This document shows positions 39,701 to 50,683 of a stretch of 50,683 nucleotides of DNA, in pieces. The stretch spans positions 1-50,683 of the forward strand of contig CAJNYD010000218.1 of the NCBI GenBank assembly GCA_905331295.1, read 5' to 3'. The notes beneath the pieces are model-generated. The model ran no database searches. It was given only the letters and a program-made list of their open reading frames with translations, and was not told the origin of the DNA. Both the position numbers and the translations under genes were made by a program. Origin of the DNA: Rotaria socialis. Its lineage: Eukaryota. Numbering within the stretch: position 1 is the stretch's first letter; each line of letters starts with the position of its first letter.

Positions 39701-40807
39701 TATTTCCATTATTCTCTTTTTCGCAAATGTCATTTATAAATTTTTCTAATGACACAGTACTTGGTCGATCGATATTACCAATTGCAGAAGTATTATTGGC
39801 ATCATCGATAGCACTTATACTCTTATTGCCAACTGTAAATAATATCTCAGCATCCTCAGTGATCGACCATTTGAGTGGAAATGTTTGACTATTTGTCGGT
39901 ATAAGCCATATATCAAATAGACCTCGCATATAATCAAAATACCAAGTATCAAATTCATCTTCCAAAGTGAGAGGTTCGGCTAGCTGTAATTTTGTAAGAG
40001 AATAACCCGTATTAACTACACCTCGAGTGCTTAATTGCGTACGAATAAATACATCTAAAACACAACCTTGAGTAAATCGTGTCGATGAGGGAACTTTGTT
40101 TATTGCAGAACGAGATGCATTACCTCGACTAAAAAGCATAAAAAATAAATATTGTACTGGAAAATCATTTCAAAAGTATTGTTACTATGCGAGAAACTTT
40201 TATAAATTAACTTCTTGAAAAAAATCAAAAGAAAAATAGCGGCAAATCACCGATAGATTTATCTTTCTCACAACTTTCTTTCATCTTGTAAACAGGACGA
40301 ATTCCAGACTGGTTAATTCACACAATCAAAACTTTTGTATGTTTTTACTTACTTAGCATGATCATTTTGCTTTTTGATCAATGATGTGAATAAAAATTCT
40401 TCAATAAATTGTTCAACTGATTTCCGATCCTGTTTTACATGAATATAACATGTAATTTGACGTACTAATTCCGTTTCAATCGTTTGTTTTATTTGAACAT
40501 TCGATTGCGGGATAATATTCATTGGATTTGGCAATAATGATTTCATGAAGTATATTTCAACCAGTTTCACCTTTACATCAAAATCATCTTCACCACTTAA
40601 ACAAATTTTCAAATGTTGTAAGTTAATTGGATCATCAAACAAGCGTAGCTGTTGAGCAATATTTTTTAGAGTTTGTTCATTCGGAGCATCATTAAGATTA
40701 GATATGAAATTATTCGAACGGATTTGTGCAAGGTTTGCATCGTTGATAGAATTTATAGAAGCTGTAACTGAAAGAAAATCAAACACAGAAAGTTGCATCG
40801 AAGCCAT
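36796..40807 (-). CDS. Large AAA+ ATPase (NSF/CDC48-like active domain plus degenerate second domain) with SAM-like helical bundle, coiled coil and C-terminal Cys/His cluster (multi-exon)
   Basis: Walker A YGPPG|TGKS split by an intron at ~38735-38790. Walker B VSIDEIDSL. SRH ATNRIHMMDEAFLRR. NFSGA. Second-domain-like SMIVFDLDSLIG. C-terminal CVKC...CVYHDG...FICC...GCKKAKH. Confidence 0.85.
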
Positions 40808-41236
40808 TTTGAATGAAATATGTCAAGGGATTGTCGAATATTACTTAAATAGACGCAAGGATATTCGTCGATCGTTTCTTCCTTTGCCAACTATATATTT
40901 CATAACTATGGAACAAGTTGGATAGTTCCATTCTTTAGTACAAAAGGTAGGCAATGCTTTTTTTCTTGTTACATTCTTATCAGTACTGGATTTTTAGCAC
41001 CGTCTGCACATACACATTCGTCTGGTTTTCTCCATTGTGTAATAATATGAAACTTATCACATGATAAATATGACGTGTTTTTTACCTGCATAAATATAAA
41101 GATACTCGATTTGTTCTTACTAATGTTATATAGGTGGATTTTTCTTTTTTTATGACTAAAGTCAAATATAATTTTCTCGATATAAAATAAAGCAGTTAAA
41201 GTGTTAGATTCTTATTTTTCGGAAACAATCTTAGTG

Positions 41237-44200
41237 ATGAATCACAATTATCAATATAATAACAACATAGATCACTTAGCTCAATCTAATAAAGAACGAC
41301 AGCAAAGAGGTCAATTGTTACAAGTCGAAAGTGAGGTACGTATTATAGAAAACTCAATACAAAATGCTGAGGAAGAACTAAAAACAATCACCAAAGAACG
41401 TATTATGTTACAAGCTCAGCAAAGCAAACATGAACAAGAATTATCTGCATATAATATTCAACTTACTCAAATGACAAATGAAATGCAACGAATCCACAAT
41501 GAATTACACAAGTTACAAGAAGAACAAAAAAATCTTATTATGGAGAGAGATCGAATACAAACGGAACTTAATCGCCAACAAACAGTTCTTCGTTCGGAAG
41601 ATAGAAAATTGCAAGAGCTTCAGAATAAAATGAGAAATCTAGAAAATGAAAAACATCAAATTGAACAGCATCGAATCGAATTAACAGAAGCCTTACGACA
41701 GAGTGAAGCTAATCGGCAAGATCTTGAACGACAAATGGCTGCTGCTGATGTTGAAATTAGTGCACTCGTGAGACAAATTGAACAACTTCGCCAACAAATT
41801 CAAATAGTTGAACAGGCAGTTCAGGAGCTAAACGATCAAATTCAAGAAAATGTCGATCAAATAAATGAACTTGAAGAGAAAATTGCTGAACATAAAAAAA
41901 CAATACAAGAAATCGATATGGAAAAAATCCGAATTGAAGCAGAAATCGAACATATTCAAGATAGAATTTCTAGAATTCAAATGATCATTGATCTGAAAAA
42001 CGATCAAGAAAAAGATCTCTCTCAATATCAAGAGAAACGTGAACAAGAACGAGAAGAAGCATCGAAAACATTGAAAAATGCTCAAACAAGATGTGATGAA
42101 TTGAAAGAAGCAATCAATTCATTAGAAAGAGACTTGAAAACGATGAGAGAACAACTAGCGAAACTTAACACCGAACTGCTCCAACTAGAAGACAAAAAGC
42201 GTCAGGCAACAAACGAAGAGATTTTAGCTAGGTATGGATTTTTTCTTAGTCTTAAGATGAATATAAATCCAACAAAAAACATTGAGCGTACAGATTAAAT
42301 GCACCTTTCATTACTCCTATCGTAAATCATCAATAGTTTTTCACTTTTGTGAAGATAAAAAAGACTTTCTGATATTTATTAACAGAGAAGCAGTTGCTTT
42401 GGCTCAACAAGAATGTGAAAAACTTAAAGCAGAAACTATTCAGATAGAAGCAACATTACAAGAAAAACAGCAAGAAAATAATCATGCGAAAACTAAAATG
42501 ACAGAACTTGAAAATGCACTAAAAACAAAACAAGCAGAATTGACGAAAATCGTCGAAAAAGTCAATCAACTCGATCAAAATTTAAAAAATTGTGAACGAA
42601 AGCTAGAAGAAGCCATTAGGCTACGAGATCAACATAAAGAGACATTGCGTCGAGAAGAAGAAAACGAGCGGAAAGCACAAAATGCAGTTCAAGAACAAGA
42701 TATGATAGTAAAAGATGCTCAAAATAAACTCAATCAATCTGAATTAGACGAAAGTGAAGCAAAATCTGCTTATGATGAAGCAAAGAGATTAGAAGAAGAA
42801 GCTAATAGAGAATTGCAGGAAGCAAAAAATGAGATGAACCAACTTGAAAGTGCCCTGCGGCTTGCACAAGCGGCTCTGGTCATTGCATCCGTAGGATCGA
42901 TGTTATTGATCGGAGCCGTAGGTGCGGCTGAGTACGCTCTTAATTCCTTTCGATCAACGTTGGCGAATGCTGAACGGACGGCTGCGTCACGAAAGGAAGA
43001 ACGTGTGCAGCGATACAATGCTCACCAAACAGCAGTTCAGAAGAAAGCAGCAGCACATACGCATTTACAAGCAGAACAACTAAAACTTGAAACACGACGT
43101 CGAGAATTACATAATCAAACTGAAACAAAAAATCGTGCTAAATATGAACTTGATCAACAAGAAAATGTGGTGAGCGCTCTTACAGATGATCGAAATAAGC
43201 TTGACGATGAACTCACAGATGCTAAACGTCAACAATTAACCAAAGAAAATGAAATTAAAGATCAAGAAAACGAAATTTCAAATCAAAAAACAATCGTCGA
43301 GCAATTGGATAAAGAGCTCACTGTAATCAATACTGAAAAAAACGATGTTGAAAAAAGAACCATTGCAGCTACTCAAGTCCAAAACGCTGCAGTTGAACGT
43401 CATCGGAACGCTGAAGAAGTATTCACCGAAGTGACACATACATTAAAAAATAAAGGTACTGAGCAACAGCTGACACTTGAGAAAATTGATCAGAAGAACA
43501 TGGAACTCGAAGCAAAAAATACTGAAGTTCGTGAAAAAGAAGCGGAAGTTATCAATGCACAAAATAAAGTACGAGCGATCGACGAAGATTTACAAATGCT
43601 TAAGAAAACTAAAGCCGAGTTACAAAAAGACAGGAACGATCAACAGCGTGCTATTCAAATAGAACAGCAAAAACGAGATGAAAATAAAGAAAAACGTCGT
43701 GAAATCCAAAAGCAATTAAAAGAAATTACAAATGAAAAAGAGACATTGATAAAAAAGCAGACCGATATCAAACGACAATTGAAAACAAAAAATACTGAAT
43801 TACTCAACAAAGCAAAGCAAGTGCAGAATATCGAAGCACAAGTGAGTTTTCATAATGATATTTGCATTCTATGGAGTTTCATATCAAAGATTTGAGAGTG
43901 AAGTCCTGTGTAACTATTTTCCTTTGTCCAAGCTTTCTTGTCATTCCGTTATTGCGAGTGAACAAAGTAACGTGAATTTAGTCTCACTTCATCGAACCAA
44001 AAATTGAAGTTGTGTTGAAACAGAGAATGTAACTACCTCATATCTTGACGAGCCAAAATAAATACATATGATGTACTTCCTGAGAAAATTCCCATTAGAT
44101 CTTCTTCATAAAACGGTGTCAGTATTTTGTTAGAGATTTGAATCAGATATTTTCCGTGTGTGTGTGTGTAGGAGTTCAATTGCTTCGGTGCCACAAATTA

Positions 44201-45826
44201 TACGCGTTTTTCACATTCTCATTCAGGAAATATATTCGAGAGAGCTTCACTTTTAAATACGGAATTTACTTTTCAGTGCCTCGATTGATTCGGATTTAAA
44301 ATATTTTGTATTGAATGATCATACGTTGAAACAATTTGTTAACAGTTGAACCTTATATTTCTTAATAGATCAACAGTCGGCAAGGAAAACATAGTACAAT
44401 CACACTTCAACGTGATCATCAACAAACCGAAACGAGACGATTAAAAGGAGAAATAAGTAGTATTGAACAAAAAGTGCAAGATAAAAATCGTCAAATTCAA
44501 CAATTTAATCTAAAGATACAAGAGCAAGAACAAAATAAACAGGTACAGAAAAAATGTCAAGTTTATATATTTTCGTCCATCGTTCTTCGCTGTAGAATAT
44601 CTTAAGATTACATCAACCCGAATTATTCTAAATTGCTATAAGAATCGAATAATCTGTATCACATGAGACCGACGATTGTTCGGAATGAAATTTTCTAAGT
44701 TCAGATTTCGTTGATCTTTTATCAGAAAAATGACCGTTGAGATTTTGAAAGATATCTTCTAAAAAGAAAAGGCTCTCTCAAACTTTTTGAAACGTTTCAA
44801 AATACATAACCAACGATTTCATTCGATAATTCATAGTCTATTTGATACATATATTCAAAATTAAAGTCCCCATGATTTATGCTCCAATAGCGAAACATAT
44901 ACTTCATGTTTTATAATGATTGTCGAGCAATAAAAATGCGACAATAAAGTTCTTTAGTTCTGACAACTGGTTATTTAATACATCTTCAACTTTCTTTATT
45001 TAAAATTGTGATTCATCTTTTTGACAGAATAATAGACGCGTCTTTTCGGACATTTATTTTGATATTATGAGAAGCCCTCATCCAATATTTCCTCAGTAGA
45101 TAAGAAGTCTTCGTTTCATTTATCAATCGCTATCTATGTTTACTTTCCGTATCAACTAGAATATTATCAATGGACGCGTCCCGAAAGTTTTATGAATATG
45201 TAATATATTATCGAATATTGAAAATAGTGTTAAAGCTGTAGTTTCAAAGGGCAGATATTTTCCTGTGAATCAAAATATCGATAAAATTCATATCGCATAT
45301 TGTTCAATTGTATGAGGAGGGCGTGGGTGCAGATGGGAGTGTGTGAATACGGTGTATAGGAAATCTTCTTGCACCCACACCCTCAAAACAAAAAAAGCAA
45401 ATTCAGTTGATCTTGTTTCTCTTGTCTTTAACATAGACGTCTGAAAAAAATATCAGAGAAAGCAAACAAAATCTCACTCATCTTGAACAACGTCTTGATC
45501 CTCTCAATACACAAGTTCAGGACAAACAAACGATCTACAATGAACAATATAATGCACATAGTAAGCTGAGCAGTGAGATGGAAGCACGTAAAATGTCCAA
45601 AGCTGTCATCGATCAACAGCTCAGCGAACTCAACGGAAAAGAGATATCAAAACAGATTGAAATACGAACACAAGTACGCCGTTTTGGAGCACAAAAAATT
45701 TCTTTAAATCAACTTCAACAGCAAAGTACTCAGAATGTTAATGTACAACAGTCACAACATCAAAGAAGATATATTCTACATGACAACGAATATCAAACAA
45801 AAGCGTATAAAAATGAAAATAAATAG
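41237..45826 (+). CDS. ~1000-aa coiled-coil protein with a single central hydrophobic segment; exons ~41237-42231, 42385-43841, 44369-44542, 45437-45826
   Basis: Continuous E/Q/K/L heptad-rich sequence across GT-AG introns. Hydrophobic LAQAALVIASVGSMLLIGAVGAAEYAL at ~42861-42941. No ATPase or other globular motifs seen. Confidence 0.82.
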
Positions 45827-48172
45827 TAGTCGATTATTCTTAAATTCAATATAACCTATCTTTTATCAATAACACTCTCGAGATGATAAATAAATTTAAA
45901 AGGTTTTTGGTATTCTTGCAGAGTTTGTTGACTAGTTTATGTCAAATTGAAATTTGACTTAATCGAAATCTACAAGAAGTTATAAACAAAAAATGGCACT
46001 TGAAACTTTACCGTAAAGTAGAAAAAGAAACAAGAAAATCTCTAGGGCCCAAGGGGCCTCACTAGAAATGGCAGAAGACTACCGAATGAACCCCTCTGTT
46101 ACGATCATACGATTGTCTATGTTGGTGTCGTTGAGAAGCTACTCAATTCGAAAACAGATTGAGCTATCTCTTAACGAAGAGCACAAATCAGTCTGTTAGT
46201 CTCAATTCTTACTTTTTCAGCAATCGATTATTAGGCGAAAATAAGTTTCAAATCAAAATTCTAAATGTGCTTATATTTCAAATAATGTTTAAAAAATGCA
46301 GTTTAAATTCACCGACGCGTTTTGTGTTTATTTTACTGAAATATTGAAATACTATTCAGGGCTCTGTAATTGTAGTATACAAGTACAAACAAAGCAGATT
46401 TTAGAAAAAATGAAAACAAATTTCATACAAATTGGGAAAATTTAGAAGTTTTTCATAGATGTCAATTTATCGATAAGAGTGTCATTAATTGGATTTTCAA
46501 TAATATCAGATTTGAGATCAAGCTGAAGTTTCGATTGGTATTGTCTTTCAAAGAATTGCTTCATTGAAATTTGCAATGATTCTAAGGTTTATGTCGGTAT
46601 AACTTTGTATCTGATAACGGGTGGGGCAAAATTTTTGCATTAGTTTTGCTTTTGATATAACTCTGTGATGCGATGTCATAGAGACTTGATGTTTCTTTAG
46701 TTATGTAGAGCAAACTATCCAGTGGGAAATATATAAAAGAATTTGACTGAAAATGTTTTTCGAAGGCTACGCAAATGGTAGAACAAAAGGCACTGAAAAA
46801 CAAATCCGCAAATTTTATCACATTCTTTTAATCTAGAAATATTTGTTTGAGCTTTTTCATTGCCCACTTTCGGCGCGTTCGAGCACCATATACAAACAGT
46901 TGATTAATAAAACGAAGACTTTGATTTGATATTAAAGTAATTGGTATAGCATACAAGAGAATGCACACAAGACAATTTGATTAAAAAAAAAGCAATTGTT
47001 CAAATTTGGAATTCCAACACAAAAACAAACTTTTGTCTGAGTATCTGACAGAAAAACTGTATCCTATTCCAAATAATATCGTTTAGTGGAGAACTCAATA
47101 AACTTTCTTTTTCGTATAAATCATATAGCTTTTGACAATCTGTCTCAGAGAAGAGTTCATTTTTTGACTACTGTCTACAGTGATGAAAATTCCGTGACCT
47201 AGATGATATCTTACAAGTGTTCGTTTCGGCCGTTATAAAACATGTAGAAACAATTTTTTTTTGTACAGTAATGGTACTCTATCCTTACATAGTAAACTGT
47301 GGATGAGATGAATAAAAAGATAACCTGTCTAATTAAAGAAAGTATTTTTTTAAAGCCAAAACAGTTGCGAAACGGTTCTCCATCCCCTTTTTTCTAAGAT
47401 CATTGTGGCCTTCGAAAAACATTCGTAATCAAATTCTTTTACATATTTTTCCACTAGACATTTTACACTTTCTAAACAAAATAACATCATGTCTCTACAA
47501 TACTTCCTTACAAAGTTATATCAAAAACAAATGTTTGCCCACCTGTTATTATAAAAGATTTGATTCTAACAGTTCAATTTAGTCTACATAATTATTATTT
47601 TACCGAATATTTTAAAGTTATTTTGAAGTCATATTCAAATCCCCTCGACAATAAACCATTTATATGCATCTTTTTGACTTTTAAACAACGAATCAACCCG
47701 AATTCCCAATCGAGTTAACAATTCATTGTAGATTGTATACTGCAACGTTTGACTTCGATGATTGATCAAGCAGTATTATTATTTTAGGATGAGGTTGAAG
47801 AATTTCATTATTATTTTAATTAATTCAGAGGTGTATTTTTTCTGAATATAGAGCAAAACTTTAACTATGGCTTTATATAGTTTCTCTTTGGGTGAGCGTG
47901 TGGGTGTGGGTTTATAAAATAATGAAATCATCACACCCACACCTTCACCCACACACGGGTCATATTTAACAATAAATATAAACTATTGCAAGTTATATTT
48001 ATTTTAAATATAAAGTGGCACTTTCATTTATGGGTTGGACATTGTAAAAAGAAAATCTTAAGGCGTCATACTCCAAACTTTTATTATTCAATATTGAATT
48101 TTATTAAACATTTTTCAGGTTTATTATCATTTTAATTCAAAATTATTTAGGACTAGATTTATATTTAACAAT

Positions 48173-49280
48173 TTATTGTTCTTTAATACAATCTAGACGT
48201 TTTCGATACCATACACATTCTTCTTCAAGTCCATATGTTTCACAGAGATTGGCGAATTTTTCGTATACAATCTGAACACTAAATCGAAATGTTGAATAAA
48301 GTTTACGTAAGCAAACAGGACATAGATATACAGGTTGTCCATCCATTTCAATTTCATGATTGGCACCATTCATCAAACAAACGTAATATATACAGTGTAG
48401 TAAACCAAACAAATGACCTAGTTCATGTAGAAGAGTGCTTACACAACGTCGAAGCATTATTATACGGTGTTCATCAGTGAATTGGGAAGTCATTACTTTT
48501 TTTTGTGATGATAGAAATAATGGATCAAGACGCGCAAATGAATAAACACCAAGACTTTTAATTGGATGCGCTTGCCCGTAAACAAAATTCCAACTGTCTT
48601 CAGGGTAAATATCAGCCATGGTTATAGCTACACATACAAGTTCTCGCATTATATTACGTTTATGACGTGTGCGAGATAAATAATCAAAAAAACTATCGGT
48701 TCGATATTGTATTCTTCCATAAAGCATTCTTGATATCATATCTTTTGAAAAATTAATTTTTGGTAATAATTCAACTTGACATCCAGAAAAAAATGCGCGA
48801 GCAAATTCTATAATTATCTCAAGTGGTCCAGCTCTAAAATTTTATGTTATTAGTTGAATCGAAAAATAAATTCGCTCTCTATACCTTGGATGATCAAAAC
48901 TGCCAACTGGTTGAATATAGATCGTTTTAAAACTAGGATGAAAACAAATGAACAGAAATTCCCTTAGTGAAAATAACGAAAAATATTAAACTATGATGTA
49001 CGTTGCACGAGGAACAGCTTTATATGCCATTTGTTCAAATGATTTCATCGTTTGTCCCATTTCTTCATTAACTGCCAACCAATCACATCCATGAGGTTCT
49101 GGTATTGATTGAAAGCTTTCACTAAGTTTGTTTGTCACGGCCATTTGCATATCTCGCGGTAACTAAAACCAGAATCAACTATGTGAAAGATAAATGTAAA
49201 GCAATCTATATGTACCAGACCTTTGAAACATCACCAAGAGCTTCTGCAATACATTTGGCATCGGGAGGAACAAAGCTCAT
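48173..49280 (-). CDS. Archaemetzincin (peptidase M54, AMZ2-like zinc metalloprotease), multi-exon
   Basis: HELGHLFGLLHC zinc motif with CxxxxCLMNG..LCPVC. ITMADIYP..WNFVYGQA..GVYSFAR. N-terminal exons MSFVPPD.., CDWLA..EEMGQTM, FKTIYIQPVGSF. Confidence 0.92.
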
Positions 49281-50683
49281 ACTTTCTTGGAATTATGTGA
49301 CGTTGATAGAAAATTCTATTAATATAATAATATCGAATAAGAAATCTATGAGATTTCATCCTTTAAATAGAACTTCTTGAGTCGAATTCTCCAACATGAG
49401 TCATTTTTCAAATCATTTTACCGATTTCAGTTACTATTTGTTTGAGTTTACTTGTGATTTAATTCATATGCAGCATGACAGTACCAGAGCGATCTCTAGC
49501 GAAACAAAATTTCTTTTTAATATTCACGCAAAAAAAAAACATTCTCTAAGAAAACTTGTTGTTCATTTAATCCTTTATATCAAAATTACAACATAATGAT
49601 TTAGATCAGTGGGTGTGTGCGTTACCATGTTAGATGATTACCAAATCGTATAGAGTTAATTGATCGAGTCACTGTTAAACTAGTTAGCTAGGATAAAATG
49701 CTATATCTAGAATAGATCCGATTTGATTCGATATTTTTTGATTCAAATTTTATTCGGCGAAACTCGAATTTGCCCTCACATCCACACCTTCAAGAAATCC
49801 AGTTCTTAAGGATTCGTTGTTTTGAAGCTCTGTTTATAATGACAAGGAAGTTAGTCGTCAACGGTACAAAACAAATCGATATCTATTCGTTTTTGATATG
49901 TTCGCCCTACGTTTCAACTTCTGGCCTCGGATTCGTCCTATATTTCCTATATTTAAAAAAGTTCCTACTTTTTCTCCTATATTTCGATGAATTTTCCTGT
50001 ATTTCCTATAAAAATGAAAAAAATTAGAAAATTGCTAAAAACGCTCTTGTCTTAGTATAATTTTCGTGTTTTTTAAACAAATCTATTCGATAATTATTGA
50101 TTCTTTTGTATTCCTAGAATTTTTTTACAGGGACTCTATTTTATTTACAATTTCTTTTCACATTATCAAACGGACTAAATGAAAATAACTGACTATTTTA
50201 AGTAAAGATATTCAAACAAAATACAATAGTCTCTATAAATAGTTGTGTTTTTTAAAAGCTTTTATTGTTGCCTATCATATGCAGTTACGTAAATGGTTTT
50301 GTTCAAGCGTAACGCTGTGACCTTTTTTGACACACTTTGTTTTTCATTATCTTGGAAATTGTGCGAGTTAGAAAGTTCGTTCAAACGTGATTTGATGCAA
50401 CTTGTCATGATATGTTTATGCCATAAAATGACCGTTTTTGGGTTAAGTCTCTTGCTTATAGAGAGGAGCTTTGGTTGCTTGGCTGTGATATAAAAAGACT
50501 CTTTTCTTCAGGGCCACTAATAAGCTGCAGTTTCTTCTGCAACTACTTCTCCAAGTGAAACACTTCTCGAGTTAGTTTTGTAGGGCTTTTTGACCAGGCT
50601 TTAAAACACTAAAATCGTTTTCTCCAAGCTATTTTTGCTTAGATAAAAAGTGCAAGAAAACAACGTGACATTTTTAGTAACGC

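Noticed and set aside
41237..45826. SMC, myosin or tropomyosin assignment for the coiled-coil protein
   Set aside because: No Walker motifs, hinge or motor domain are present; any similarity would be compositional only.
49396..50683. Short ORFs at the right end of the window
   Set aside because: No recognisable motifs or consistent splice structure.

Overview
This is eukaryotic, AT-rich genomic DNA with many short GT-AG introns. It is most likely from a bdelloid rotifer; that is an inference from intron style, TGTGGG-type repeats, Tc1/hAT content and bacterial-like genes. Seven apparently intact genes are supported: (1) a 2259-aa SIR2-NACHT(STAND) protein with an intronless CDS, a long helical C-terminus and a bacterial NLR-like architecture; (2) a secreted, probably GPI-anchored protein with two RGM-like GDPH/VWD modules; (3) a secreted TAP/S33-like alpha/beta hydrolase; (4) an Argonaute with an intact DEDH tetrad, an N-terminal WG-repeat array and a Tyr->His change in the MID pocket; (5) an NSF-like AAA+ ATPase with a C-terminal Cys/His cluster, lying head-to-head with (6) a ~1000-aa coiled coil whose only hydrophobic segment is at its midpoint; (7) an archaemetzincin. 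A small Cys/Tyr-rich surface peptide gene is also likely. Other content: a DD37D (maT) Tc1/mariner element with one nonsense codon, a deleted Tc1 element, a hAT transposase relic, several MITEs, a probable solo LTR abutting a TPR pseudogene, and many short telomere-like inverted repeats. The best candidates for new biology are the SIR2-NACHT putative NADase receptor and the AAA+/coiled-coil hairpin pair. Exon boundaries were read by eye and no database searches were run.
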